A stretch of DNA of 63,893 nucleotides, filler included, from Octopus bimaculoides (GCF_001194135.2; 7 parts of 6 records of this genome joined end to end with filler, not necessarily neighbours in it); one strand, 5' to 3'; counted from the first letter of the whole stretch, positions 37,964 to 52,341 are shown. Notes: generated from the letters alone by a model not told the origin. Program-made: numbers and translations.

Positions 37964-38165
37964 TGTGCAACTTGCTGGACCTCAACTGACATGACCTCTT
38001 GTTATATCAGTCCATCTTCTCTGTGTGCCACAAATCGGACAATACACATAACAAACTGTGATAAAATATCAGAGAAGAGATTTGGAACTGTCATTGATAG
38101 GAAAATATTCTATTGGCTGATTTTTGTTGGCTTTAAGTTTGATTCTTTTCATATCTAATATTGTA

Positions 38166-38171
38166 AATAAA
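38166..38171 (+). terminator. Candidate polyadenylation signal for LAMTOR3
   Basis: AATAAA about 200 nt after the stop codon. Confidence 0.45.
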
Positions 38172-39721
38172 ATTGTGCTACATGAACGTCACAGTGTCAA
38201 CCAAGTACTTAGACGGTTGCTCCTTCTCTAACAGCTCCCTTCTGGCTCCTTTTTTTTGTTAGCTGTTATTACCAATTTTTTTTTTCTGTTTTAACAGATC
38301 TATCACATAAGATGTATATCACCAGTGAGATTAAGGACAAAATGATGTCAGCTAGATGAAGAAACAGAACCATCAAGTAACACTTCTGTTCTATATTTCT
38401 TTTTATTTAGACTGATGTAGAAAAACAACTTTCCATCCAAGTTTTCATGGCTAACAATGTCAAAAGTGAAATCTAATGATTTAGTTTTAACAAAGCTTGT
38501 TTACTCGTTTTAAAAAAACTGTTCATTAGATTTATTATCTTAGTAATAACCAACTAGCAGCATAAAACACTTGTAACAGTGTTTTATTTTTTATCAAATG
38601 AATCTTGGTAAATTATCTTTTACATGAAATTGTCACCATTTTCATCCAGATGCATTTTATGCTGCAAAATACCATGGAGACAATCTTCCAGAGTTCATCA
38701 ACTGTTTTCATTTGTTGGGCTATTTTAGAAACCCAGTGAAGTTCTAATGTGTCCATGGTTTAGACTATGATGCTCCAACTGCTGTTGATATTGTATACTT
38801 TGTAATATGTCTATATTTGGTTTCATTGTTGTATTTCCTTTATATTAAATTATTCATCTGTTACATCAATGAGGGTATTTACCCCTAAAACTCCTGACTT
38901 TCTATATTTTTCTTATGCCAACTCCTCACATTAATATATTCAGCTTTGGGTAATTGATTGCTGTGTTTCAGCTCTTACATTCTATATAAGAGATTAAAAG
39001 TTATTTTTTAATTAAGGTTGTTATTTTCTGTGATAGACTATTTCAGCTGATGTGATTTGTCTACATTTTTGTTCCTTATAGCAGACACTACCGGAATGAG
39101 AAATGTTTGCTTCCAATGACCAAATGAAAATTATTTACAGTATGTAAATTCCTTTTCATTAAAAACTATTTTTTATTCAAGCCCACAGAATGAGAGTAGT
39201 TAGATGTTGATTGGAGTAGCAGGGTTCCTATTTTAGTTCTAAATTTCTAGTCGCAGAGTGGTATGTTTGAAAAAAAAAAAAAAAAGCCACGTTTCTGAAG
39301 CAATTGCTTCTCCATTTGGTTATTTTATAAATCCACACAGAGTTATGTGACTTACTTTAGTGAAAATACTTAAATTTCTGTTCATAAATGCAGAATAGGT
39401 TTCAAGCAAATTTTGGTGGTATTTTTAAAGATAATAGAAAAATAATTGTTCATTATCAATTCCAATCAGCTTTGCTTGAAAAAAAGAAGTATGACCTAGA
39501 AGTAGTTGAGCAAATGCTCTGAATTGATCCAAAGATGCCATGTGGCTGTTAGAACTTACCTATCTACAAGTTCCAGTGTGGAAAAACAAAAAACTAGTTC
39601 AACATCAATGTTAGGCTGGGTTGTTTACTCAGATTAGGATTCATCATTCCATCAGTGTTTTAATCATAGTCATTTTAAATGTTCAAAGCTTAAACTGTTG
39701 AAATTTATAAAGGTACAATGG

Positions 39722-40620
39722 TCATCATCATTTAATGTCCGTTGTCCATTCAGGTATAGGTTGGATGGTTTGACCAGGACTGGAAGACTCCAGTCTGATT
39801 TGGCATTGTTTCTACAGCTGGATGCTCTTTCTAACACCAACCACTTCTGAGAGTGTAATGAGTGCTTTTGGGTGCCATTTGCATGACACCAGTATCTGCC
39901 ACAACTGCAATTTCACTTGGTTTGATGGGTTTTCTTATCAAGCATGACATAATACCAAAAGTCTTGATCATTGCCCAATAATTGAAAGGAGCTTTTCATA
40001 TGCCACCAGCATAAATTACTTTGCTTTTGTGAGGGCCAATGCTCGAAAAGTCCTTCTTACGTGCCAGTTATGTGACACCAGCATCAGCCACGTCTACAAT
40101 TTCATTTGGCTTGATGGGTCTTAAGCACAGCATATTGCCAAAGGTCTTGGTCACTAGTCATTACCTCTGTGAGGCCCAAAGTTTGAAGTTCATGCTTCCC
40201 TACCTTGTCCCATGACTTCCTGGGTCTATCTCTATCACAGGTTCCCTCCACAGAGATCAGCACTTCATTACACAGCTGTCCTTGTCCATCACATGACCAT
40301 ACCAGCACATTTGTCTCTCTTGCACACCACATCTTATGCCCAACTTTTGTCTCAAGATGCTTACACTGTCGTACATGCACACTGACTTCATTTCTTTCAA
40401 GCCTAAACATGTCCTCAGCTGTTACAACCCATAGCTGTTCACACACAAGCATCATACAATCTGTCTTTCATTCAGAGAGAGGCCCTTTGTTACCAGCAGA
40501 GGTAGGAGCTCTTTGAACTTTGTCCAGCCTATTCTTATTCTCATAGCTATGATCTCAGACCATCCACCTCTGCTTGGTTGCCTAGATAATGGAAGCTATC
40601 TCTAGCTTACTCCACTGGCA
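39722..40620 (-). mobile_element. 5'-truncated RTE-clade LINE (C-terminal ORF remnant plus 3' UTR)
   Basis: RIGWTKFKELLPLLVTKGLSL...WVVTAEDMFRLERNE...VEGTCDRDRPRKSWD...LGLTEVMTSDQDLWQYAVL, with a (GAT)n tail at ~39722. Confidence 0.9.
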
Positions 40621-43600
40621 TTTCATGTGTTAGGGTTGTGGTGTTGCCTATTGTAAGCAGAAATTGTACTACAAATATGAGGAGTAATTCAGTGACGCAG
40701 GGAAAGTGACTTTAATTCTAGTAACCTATCCAGAGAACAATTTATCTCTGTTTCGCAATATTAAGTAGAGATATGTAACAGCCAAATATGGGGGTCTGAG
40801 GAGGGGTTGGAAATAACATATTTGCTCATTAATTTAGTATTTTTGGTAACTTCAATGTAACAGCTAAACTTTTAACACCATGCAATATTTAACATTCTGT
40901 ATAAAACTAAGAAAGATGAAAAGATTCTTGTATGCACAAAACTTTAATCAGAATTACTGGGTGGGGGGAACAAATGAAATCGTGTGACATTCTCTTATAA
41001 TATTGTTAAAATAGATCTTCTTAAATTTTAAGTCACCTACCTTTGCATTCATAATAAGTTACATCTTTTCATACAACATCTATGGTTCGTTTTTCCTTCT
41101 TAAAAATCACAATAAATTAACATCTTTAGAATCTTTGTTTATAATCAACTAAGTCAGATCTACAAACTTAATAGACAAAGATTAACACTGATAACAAAAC
41201 TTGTATGTCGAAAATAAAAAAAACTCTGGTAGGTTTCTGCTTAAGAAGATTTCTATTAAGAATAAAATTTTGGTAAATGAATAAATAAATAAAAGAGCAT
41301 TTAGCAAAATGCATTGGTAGAGTAGCAGACAAGTAACTCAGTTTTAATGTGGTGGGGTTTTAAAAAAATGGCCACAACAGTGACAGCAGTTAAATTTAGA
41401 AATATGACATTTAAGTGGACCATTAAATGAAAAATTATGTACATTTCTTAGCCTCCAATAAGTTTTCTTAGAATTTTAAAAGACAATTGCTAAACAAGAG
41501 TAGACAAATTAAATATTTGTACAATTGAACTAACTGGGTTTTTTTTTTTTTCCTTTTTAAGTGTTTAGTCAAAAATTGTAACATTCTAAGGCACTGACAG
41601 AAGTCTTGCAATGCTAAACTTCTGACATAAGATGAACTTTTTAAAAAAATTATAATTAAATAATTGCAGATACTCAGAGGAACATTTTCTTTATAGCTGT
41701 TAATTGTCAATAGCTTCCAAATTTCTGCAAACATAAATCAGTATCTTTTTAGTTTATTTTATTTTTTTTTTAGTTTGTACCATTTTCTTCCAATTGTTTA
41801 TCTCATGATATATTTTCAACAATAGTGACCTCTCAGAAAACCCATTCTTCATCTGAAAAGAGTAACTCAAGAACATGTTAACTATTTTCATAGAATAGAT
41901 GTGACAGAGTGTGATTTCTCGTTAGAGATTGTGCCAAAATTTCAGTTAATAAATGATAAATTTTATGATGTGCCCTTGGGTAAGGCATTTCATTCTACTT
42001 GCACTTTGTAGGCAATCTTTTCCTTGTTTATATTGCAGTGATCTACTCTCGATCAGAAATTATGAGGCAAGATAAGGGTTCTGGCACTTGGAATAATGTT
42101 TAATTTCCTTAAATCTCCATTAACTTATGTATATATATATATATACATGTATACATATCATACATCACACCGAGTTTTCAGGCACAAAGGTTTTTGAATT
42201 GAAACATATCTAGAAAAATCTTATTGTGGTAGTTCCAGATGTTGGCTCATGGAGTTAAAAGTTAATCACTACAATAGAAAATAGCTAACGTAAATAACTT
42301 CTGAAATTTCTCTAATATACTTGAAAATTTAAAACTTTCTAAGATTTCAGCTATGAGATAATAATATTGACTAATTTCAAATTTATTGCAATTTTGGTAT
42401 CCTTCATTGAGCTTTGTTTTATGATTGGGTTTACATAGAAAGTTGTTAAGTTATACTATTTTAAGTAGGTTCAAGCCCAATTCTGTTTTTTCTTCTATTA
42501 GGGTACTGTACTTTTTAAACTCATAGATAGATCTCATTTCTCAAGGGAAAGCTAAATAGCTTTAATTTTTCTTAAACTATATATATAAAGTACAAATTCA
42601 TCTTAAAGAAAAGGTACAGTTTAACATGTTATGAATAGTAACATGATCTTATAAATCATCACACTGGTTGTTGTATGATGCAGAGAAAATATTCACGACT
42701 GAAAATTATTTCAAGGAAATTAGAATAATGGCATATAAAAATAATTATTTCATATCTTTTCACCAAAGTAATTTCCTGCAATTTTTACTTATTTACTGCG
42801 AGCACCTAAGAAAGTGTCATTGATAAGTGTTCTACGTCTATTAAAGGAATGTAAAATCTATTTCAGCTATTGTCAAAACAACATACACAAATTAATATCT
42901 AATTACGAAGGAGTTTTGTAAATAATGTTTATATATAGAGAGAGAGATAGAGATAATCAAATTGAAAAATGAAATGAAAATGATGACAGATTCCATTCAT
43001 GAATAACTAGACAATTAACAAATAAAAATAAAAAAGTTGTTGATATTTGGAAGACAAATAATAAGAATTAAAGAAAAGATTCTGTCTGACTATATTTGGT
43101 TTACAACACAAGAGTATTTCTACATGACCATATAAAAGGGAGCTTATTATGCATGAGCAGTTCTGAACATCTCAGCTGATACAGCTGACACTGTGGATTA
43201 TTTATGTAAGACAATGGCAAGCTTAGTTAAATTAATCATTTGTCTTAGCAAGTATTGAATGTATATTCGACTACACATTAATTAGTGTCTTCAACTGATC
43301 AGAAACTTAACATGATTAATATCAGATATGCAAAAAGCTGCAGATTGACAAAAAAAAAAAAAAAAAGCTGCTGTTTAGATCTGGAAATGCTAGAACAGAT
43401 GCATAGAGTGTTATCTTGTTCGCTAAGAAATATTTCATATTAAAAGCTAGTTCAGAAAATATGGTAAATGATGCAAATTTTTTTTTTTCTTCTTTTGTCA
43501 ACATCTTTGCTGTTTCATATCATAAGAAAGATATTAATTTAAATCTCATGAAACCTTTAAAAACTTACTGGTTTGTGAAAATTAACTTTAAAAATAGGAA

Positions 43601-43658
43601 TAATGTCTATACAAGTATTGCTAGTTAGACAAGTGAAATAAGAATAACAAGTCCTAAC

Positions 43659-44156
43659 TTTTCGCAGGATTTTTTCTTCCATTAGGCCAATGGAATTGCT
43701 TCTCATTTTTAGCTGTAACATTTTAGCTTCTTCTGTGACAAGTTCACCAAAACTATTGTTTCTCTTGAGTAGATTTATATTTTGCTTCCGGTTAGCTATA
43801 GGCCATTTAGGACTCTCGTCTTCCGTAACTGTCCCATCCACTATAGACACTGTAAGTACTTCATCTTCCGGATCTGTAGTTGGAGCTATGGTTATTTTTG
43901 TTGGCACTTTTGAAGGCCTTCCTTTTCTGTGGCTGTCACTGCGTCCAGGAATTTTACTGGGCTCTCTGCCTTTTGCAGGTGAACCACGAGGGGTAGGAAT
44001 TCGAGACTGTGTTGGTGACCCTGACTGAGTAACTGTACTTTTGATGGATTTCTGGCTTTTAGGGGAACCCTTTGTAGTTGATACATTTTCTGACCCAGAC
44101 AACATGTAGGTTCCATCCTCTTTTAACATTTTTATCATTTCAGCTCCAGTTCTTCT
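43659..44156 (-). CDS. Single 498-nt phase-0 coding exon of an unidentified gene; S/T/P/K-rich, probably disordered
   Basis: Strong acceptor TTTTCTTTTTGTTTCCAG (AG at 44158-44157) and donor GTTAGG at 43658. 166 open codons RRTGAEMIKMLK...RSNSIGLMEEKILRK. Confidence 0.7.
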
Positions 44157-44510
44157 CTGGAAACAAAAAGAAAATATTGAATTATTTGAAAGCTTCCTAA
44201 AATAATACTAGCTCTGTCCTTTTTAGGACAGCCATCTATGTATCATATTTAATGTATACATAATATATATATATATATATATATATATACTGTGGTATTT
44301 GTTCTGAAATAACATCGTTTATGGATATGCTGTTTAGAGGATAAATATCAGACAAAAGTTTGTTCTACCAGCAGTCAGAAAGAATGCTTGATGCGTCTTG
44401 GCCCTTTTTGGAACTTGTCAATCGATGTGTTCTTCAGTTCTATATTTAAGAGATGAGGAATTATGTACATTATTTACATTTGACGGATATTTGTCCTCAT
44501 CTTGTTCGTT

Positions 44511-44557
44511 GTTAACAATGTTTCGGCTGATATACCCTCCAGCCTTCATCAGGTGTC
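44511..44557 (-). ncRNA. Degenerate minimal type I hammerhead motif in a Penelope pseudo-LTR-like repeat
   Basis: GACAC-CTGATGA-A-GGCTG(10 nt)CAGCC-GAAAC; the stem III/I side (ATTGTT) is damaged. Confidence 0.55.
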
Positions 44558-44872
44558 TTGGGGAAGTTTCGAACCTGGGTTCTCATTCCTAAGGTATTTT
44601 TCACTGTTATTATTATTCATCATCATCATCATCGTTTAACGTCCGCTTTCCATGCTAGCATGGGTTGGACGATTTGACTGAGGACTGGTGAAACCGGATG
44701 GCAACACCAGTTTCCAGTCTAATTTGGCAGAGTTTCTACAGCTGGATGCCCTTCCTAACGCCAACCACTCAGNNNNNNNNNNNNNNNNNNNNNNNNNNNN
44801 NNNNNNNNNNNNNNNNTTAATTAATTAANNNNNNNNNNNNNNNNNNNNNNNNNNNNNNNNNNNNNNNNNNNN

Positions 44873-44910
<38 letters not shown>

Positions 44911-47900
44911 TTCACAAAAAAAGGTATCTGGGGATAATTCGTAGTCTGGTGAGATTTGAAGAAGTGCGAGTTATAGCGTTTTTTCCATTTGATCTACTTA
45001 CCATTATCAGGAGACGTCATAAAATGAAACTAAGGGAAAGAACAAGTTAATGAGAATACTTTAGATAAAAAATGTTTTGGTCTCGTGAGATTACTACCAG
45101 CTTCCACATAGTTTCCGCCTCTTAAATTTACTTACAAACTATTATTCCACCCGAAGATCTAGTAGAAGACAATCACTCTAGGTGTTACATACTGGGACTG
45201 AAACCGAAACCACTTGGTTGCGAAGCGAACTCCTTAGGTACATAGCCATGATTGCGCCTAGTACAAATTTTGGTGAAAATAATGTCAATACTGCTATGCT
45301 GTTATGAAAGGAACTTGTCATCTTGTCTTCGTTTAAACTACACGACACGATACATTCCTGTCTGCATAATTTTTTTATTTTCTAAAAGATTCTGTTGTTC
45401 GACTTTATCCTTGTTATCTCACTTGGTTGTTGTTTTAAGATGTTTCAGTAATTTGCATGCATTATTCCAGTTTATCGAAAATTTCGCAACTCACAATGTT
45501 ATATACGTGATCGGCGCTCTACCGTATATGGACCTAATAATTCGGTGAAAGATAGCGACAACCATGCCTTATACACAATATACATGTCCTTGACAATAAT
45601 AGAGGAAAACAAGCCGAAAATGGGTGCTCCACCTGCGCGTAACAGAAGCAAAATTTTTAAATAACATCGTACAGTCTTAAATTGGCACAGTAGGAACTAT
45701 AATAAAGATAGTATTGAAAGTTTTATCGTCTTTGATCATAGGACCATCTAGATCAGCGTTCATCCGAAGCTTAACTAGAAGAACATCGCGACCAAAATCA
45801 ATAACGACATATTGACGAAGTCGAAATCTTTGCTGCTAACTAAATGAAGAGTTATTAATAATTTCCATAAAATAATTACTTCATTAAAACAAAATAAGGT
45901 AATTTCTATTAGACATCAGTTTATCATTATAAAATCTGACAAAATGAAAAGCTCGAATTATTAGGATCTTCACTCTTCTCAATATATTCAGCTGAAAGAA
46001 TTTTTATCTAGAAATCTCCAATGGAATAATTGCTGTTAAAGCGGACCGTAAACGGTTTCCTCTGAACTTTGCTTTTGCTCACTAGTTGATCTAATTGACA
46101 GCTTTTGTGATATTTCCCACACGACCTCGTAGTAACGCACTCTCCTTATTTTGACAGAATGGATAGTCTTCTCGTAGCGACCATCCACACATGGAGTCCG
46201 AAGCGTGTATGTCTAAAGGCGAATTAAATGAAATAAGCAGTGATTTATATCAGATAGAATTGCAATAAGTACCTTTTATTTTCTTCTCAAAATATAACAT
46301 TCAATTTTCTGACCTTTTTAGGTTTACATTAATATTGTGAGAACAGCGGAATGAAATGAGTGAGAGCATTTTTCTCTCAACGCAATTAGGAACCTTGATC
46401 AGAACGAGACTTCTTTATTGTTTTAATATAACGTCAATATTGGAGTATAGTTTGACTATTATTAAACAGACCTTTATGAAAGAAGCTTCAGAAACCGGAA
46501 CACTAATACGGATAATGACCAATAAATTACTCAAATAATGATGTTCATGAGGATGTCGATAATGATAACAACAACAACAATAATTATTATTTCTTCTATA
46601 AGTAGAAGGCCTGAAACGTTTTGGAAAAGGAGGCTAGTCAATTACATCGACCCCCAGACGGGTGCTTCTTTCATTCACCTCGAAATGGTAAGAGGCAAAG
46701 TCGATCTCGACGGAATTAAAGCTCAGAACGTAAAGACGGACGAAATGCCGCAAAGCATTTTGCTTCAAAGTCTGCTCGTGGGACTCGAACCCATATTTCC
46801 TGCAGACATGACAGGTACTCTAACACTGCATCAGAACAACCATTCGAACTTTCTCTTTTCATTTTAGAAACATCATTATTACCGGTGAGAACTGCATGTT
46901 ATTGAGGCCATACGAATTCATAGAATTTCAAAAGAATTTGGGGTAAAACATCATCTGATATAGAATACAAAATATTACGAAATTTGTAATCAAACATATC
47001 CATTTGTATGCTGCAAAAAATATGATTGCTACTTATAATAAGAATGTGAACGCACGCATATGTGTATGTCTAGAAAAGAATATATAAAAGTACTCAATAC
47101 ACGGTATACAATTTATTAATTGTATACAATGTTAGATTCACTCTATCGTTACTTGGAATTTCACACAAACTAAACAAATAAAGATATTCCACCCCACTGA
47201 TCCAATTTATCTGAAAACTTAGGAACCAAGGACTTGAACAATAAAAAATATTTTCAATGAATTAACTTCATATATTACTGGAACATGGAATTTTATGCTT
47301 TGCTTAAATCAGATGTTGCAAATAATAGAGCGGTTAGCAATATATTACATCAAAAGGACTGAGATATTGACTAAATGTCGTAAACGGGAAAACTTTATCC
47401 TAAAACATTTCCAAGCATCTGAACTTTGGAATCTCTGCGAAATAAATGCATAAAAATTAGATTCTTTGAGCTACATGAGATAGCTCCCTTGTTCACTAGT
47501 GGCTGATAACTCTTACATGACAGTAGTTCATCTGCAACAGCAATGATATAGTCCTGTGACATGCGTAGACCAATACGTTTACTCGTTCTTTGCAGAGTTA
47601 ACAATACAAGCTTCTAATTATGTAATTGTTTCACTGACCTAACCTGTAAATTTGCGTATGTAAAAGTCTGATAATGATTCGAAGCAACAATTGTTAACTT
47701 ACAGACCATCACGCGCATATGTATGCACGTGAATGTGAGCAGGCGTGTCGTAAAAAGATGAAAATGTAGTGCCTTTTGCGCGTGTATAGTAAACTCCAAT
47801 GACTAAGTCACGTAGATTATCGCTAGTATGTGATCCTAGTGGACCCTATCTCTCTCTTGTGCGTCATTGACTACGAATCGTAAATCATAAGCACAAATAA

Positions 47901-49209
47901 CAAATGAAATGCTTGAAGTAGAAATCGAGCCGTTGTCCGAAATTCGGCACGTTATCGGTAGAGCACATACATAAATATATTTTAATTGAACAGTCGAGCC
48001 ATCACTTGTTTAATTTAATCAAAGAGATTTGTCAAATACTTCCCTAGTCACGATCCTGTCAAATGAATACCACATCGAGAATATCACATCGAGAAACCAT
48101 TCAAATTACGTTGTGTTTTCCAATGCTGTTGGATCGTTTTAAGTGCTACATATTAACATGGTGTCTCACTCGATCACTGGCAGTAGACGGTATGTGTGCA
48201 TGTATATGTTTGCGAAAATCTACATGTATGTATATGCATTTGGTAATACATAAGTTGATTACGTGAGAGCGTGCTTGCGTGCGTGTCCCTGTGCATGCAT
48301 GAAATGTTATGTAGCGTTCTCTTTCTAACGGTTTAACTTACTTTAATCTATGTCTGTAAATATAGATTTCCTACATTGCAAACATTGCAGAAGATAAGAG
48401 GTTTGATCAATCGAATCCATACACTGCACCACGCTCACTAATTATTTCATTGACGCCAGAAGAGTTATTAGATATGATTTTATTCGAAAACGGATTTGAA
48501 CTCAAAATATTGGTAAACGTTTCGTTATGTTCAAGTATAAAATGTCAATGTGTACGAATATATACATCTTTGGGTAAATGCGTTTGTACGTATGGCGGTG
48601 AGTTGGCAAAAACGTTAGCACGCCGGGCGAAATGCTTAGCCGTATTTCGTCTCTCTTTACGTTCTGAGTTCAAGTTCCACCGAGGTCGACTTTGCCCTTC
48701 GTCTTTTCGGGGTCGATAAATTAAGTAGCAGTTGCGTACTGGGGTTGATCTAATCGACTGGCCCCATCTTCCAAAATTTCGGGCCTTGTGCCTAGGGTAG
48801 AAAGGAATGTATTTGTACGTATCTGTATATGTATGCATTTACATGTGTATGTTTCCCAGGAAACTCCGAGAATTTTTATCTTGGTCACCAGATTATTTGA
48901 CAAGTTAAGGTGTTTAAAACAAGTTAAGGTGTTTAAAACAGTGACAATCGCTAGTAGGTCATGTTATTAAAAATGTCACACTGTTCTATGGAATCTGAGG
49001 AGTTTGGTTGTAGACAAATTACTTTGACTGGATTGCAAGTCAAAATGCTGTCCAGACTCCGGTCGTGAGTTAACACACACATGCATACATACATACATAC
49101 ATACATACATACATACATACATACATACAATTCCAACGATGGAGTTTTGTATATTTGTTAGAAACGAGGTTTTACAGAGGAAGAATTGAAATGATTAAAT
49201 ACAGAAGAA

Positions 49210-49257
<48 letters not shown>

Positions 49258-50114
49258 ACACACACACACACACACACAAATGATAAGTAATAATGCCTTT
49301 GAAATGTCCTTTCACTGCTGTACAAAATGTACGAGACACATCACTATGTGAACATTTCTGATTTCATCCAGTCCTTCTTGTTTGATTTCTTCTCTCAATG
49401 GCAGCGCTATATCAGAATGGTAAATAAGCATTGGCTTCATCTTGAATTGAAATGGCCTGATGCATTACGTAAGATTGTAGTGTTAAAAGGATCTTTTCTT
49501 CCCTTCAATCAAGAAACATTAATATTCTTCTCGGGAGCAGTAAGAGTTGGATTGAATTGATTCCCAGAAAAAAAAAGGCCTGTATCATCTTAAACTAAAT
49601 GGAAGTTAGAAAGCGCAGTTGCCAGGCTCCATAATATTTTTAAGAACCTTGGAGAATTCCTTCGTCACCTGTGCTTTCATAATTCTGCTTCACCGGAGAT
49701 ACATATGGCCGGTTATATTGTTTAAGGTACCCTTTGGAACAACGGAATCAAAATCTATTTGCTGTGAATGGTTTTCAATTATTTCTTGCTGCCAAGTTGT
49801 TGTAAAAGTCTTGAATTTTATTTATTACGATGAGTTGCCTTAATGTCATGCTTCGTTACGTTTCATCGTTTACTCATATATCAAACATAAGTTCTACATT
49901 TTTTTTCCTTTTTGCAAATATTTTCTTGAACAATTAACTTTTTTGCTGATAACAATTACATAGTCGTGACGGACATTGTTATTTTGCGGGCATTTTTCAC
50001 GAAGCTTGGAATCGTTGATATGAACAAATTCATAAACTTAATCTCATACCCCTGACCTTCGCCAGATTCAAATCAGTTCAACATTTGCTGTTTTACGTCT
50101 ATTATGATATTTAC

Positions 50115-50438
50115 GGGGGCGCGTGGCTTAGTGGTTAGGGTATTCAGCTCACGACCTAAGGTCGTCGTGAGTTCAATTCCCGGCGACGTGTTGTGTCCTT
50201 GAGCAAGACTCTTTATTTCACGTCACTCCAGTCCACTCAGCTGGTAAAATTGAGTAGTACCTGTATTTCAAAGGGCCAGCCTTGTCACACTCTGTGTCAC
50301 GCTGAATCCCCCCGAGGACTACGTTAAAAGCACGCGTGTCTGTGGAGTGCTCAGCCACTTGCACGTTAATTTCACGAGCAAGCTGTTCCGTCGATCGGAT
50401 CAGCTGGAACACTCATCGTCGTAACCGACGGAGTGCCA
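50115..50438 (+). mobile_element. Full-length tRNA-headed SINE. Related bodies ~56794-57130 and ~63255-63490
   Basis: A-box TGGCTTAGTGG (50124-50134) and B-box GTTCAATTCC (50171-50180), then a body shared with the 56.8-57.1 kb copy. Confidence 0.85.
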
Positions 50439-51229
50439 GGTGTTGATACTTATCCTCGTCAGAATAAATGAACTTTCAACATTTGAAGTTACAGGCTGTT
50501 GTCCACGCACGATGGTTAAAAAGCAGTATGAATAATTCTGATGTATGTACGTGTATGCATAAGTATGTACCGCAGATCCTCGGCTCCTTACATTATATCG
50601 CTTATTGGTACACGTATAGACATCTTCATCGAGAAGCGGGTTGCATGTGACATTGCTCGTCATCAGACGGTCTGCAGGGTAAAAGAATTCAAGTTAATTT
50701 TATATTAGGCCTGCCATGCAGGAAGTTCCGCGGGCCGCAATTTGCCCGTGACTGTCCTAGGAAGACAATCGTTCTTTAATATTTATATTTTGTAGGAAAA
50801 CACTTTCACCCTTACTTGTAATTTTGTCAGGCAACAGGTTGTAAAATACATAAGAAGTTATTCGAGTTTCTTGTAAATTATTTAAAAATCTTTTGTCATA
50901 TTTTTCCCATACTTAAAAGTTGTTTGCATTGCAAATTCGATTCTCCCATCAACCTTCAACATTCTTCCCCATGGAACGAAATCAAAGATACGAAGTAGCA
51001 AGAGACAGAGTGAGACGATGCAAATCAAAGGATGAGATGTGAAGAAAGTAAAATAAGAAAACGCTCAAGACAATGTCATTGGATAAAAAGTGCCAACAAT
51101 GATTGAGCAGGAACGTAAAGGGTGCCCATGGCATCAAACCTAATAAATAAAAAAATGAAGTCAATAGACACAAAAAGAGTGATTAAGTGGTGAGAAGCAG
51201 GGTGAACGTATGAGATAACATTGAGAGAG

Positions 51230-51287
<58 letters not shown>

Positions 51288-51661
51288 NNNNNNNNNNNNN
51301 NNNNNNNNNNNNNNNNNNNNNNNNNNNNNNNTTAATTAATTAANNNNNNNNNNNNNNNNNNNNNNNNNNNNNNNNNNNNNNNNNNNNTATATATATATAT
51401 ATATATGCATGTATGTATGTATATATGTACATACATATATATATATGTGTGTATACATGTTTATATATGTATGTTGTATGCATATATGTGAATGTATATG
51501 TATGTATAAGTGTATATATATATATGTTTGTGTATGTATGTATGTATATATGTATGCATCCATGTATTATGTATGTATACATTTTTATGACAGTAATCTG
51601 TTGATGTATACAAGTTTTATGAGTTGAATTATAGTTGCAAGCATGTGAATGAATATATATA

Positions 51662-52230
51662 CAGGGTGCGGTGAATAAACTGTCGTCTAAATTACGCAAA
51701 AATGAAAATAACACCGACATTTCATTTTAACAGAGATTTACCAAAATTATATAAAAATATCCTGAAATACTAAAGAGTAAATTTATTCAATAAAATCGCC
51801 ATTGGATTCAACGACGGCCTCCAGACGACTTTGGAATCTCCTGCCACTCTCCTTGACGGTCTCCTTGGTTAAGTTGGTGAATGTTGCCGTAATCCTCGCC
51901 TTCAGTTCATCTTTGGTACTACAAGGAATTTTGCTGGTCTCTCGCTCAACTTCCCCCGCGCTTAATAATTAAGGGGATTGCAGTCTGGCCAGATAGGCGG
52001 TCAGATGTTTGGGTGATGTGGTTGCAGAAATTGTCTGACAACCATGAGCTTGTTCTTCTGCTTATGTGGCATGGTGCAGAGTCATGTTGCCAGACATAGG
52101 GTCTTCCAGCAGCCACCCTCTTGACTCGGGGCAGCATTACCCCCTCCAGACACTTGATGTAGGCCTCCACGTTGAGTCTGAGGCCGTGTGGAAGATGGAT
52201 GGAGGCAGAACGTTGCCATTACTAGTGATC
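51662..52230 (-). mobile_element. Tc1/mariner 3' half with right TIR
   Basis: TA|CAGGGTGCGG terminus at 51660-51671. Transposase C-terminus YVWQHDSAPCH...ELKARITATF...RLEAVVESNGDFIE* with frameshifts. Confidence 0.85.
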
Positions 52231-52308
52231 ACTAGCATGTGCGTGTATGTGTGAGTGTGTGTGTGTGAGTGTAAGTAGGTAGGTAGGTAGATAGATAGAT
52301 AGACAGAC

Positions 52309-52341
<33 letters not shown>

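Noticed and set aside
38298-39140. Strong plus-strand acceptors downstream of the LAMTOR3 stop
   Set aside because: No clear donor or open frame to link them; could be UTR exons but cannot be supported from sequence.
50115-50185. tRNA-like sequence with A and B boxes
   Set aside because: No complete cloverleaf, and it continues into a repeated SINE body; called as a SINE head.
45450-50700. Several possible small exons on either strand (45.5, 46.1, 47.4, 49.4-49.9, 50.6 kb)
   Set aside because: Frames contain stops or cannot be joined consistently; no homology recognised.
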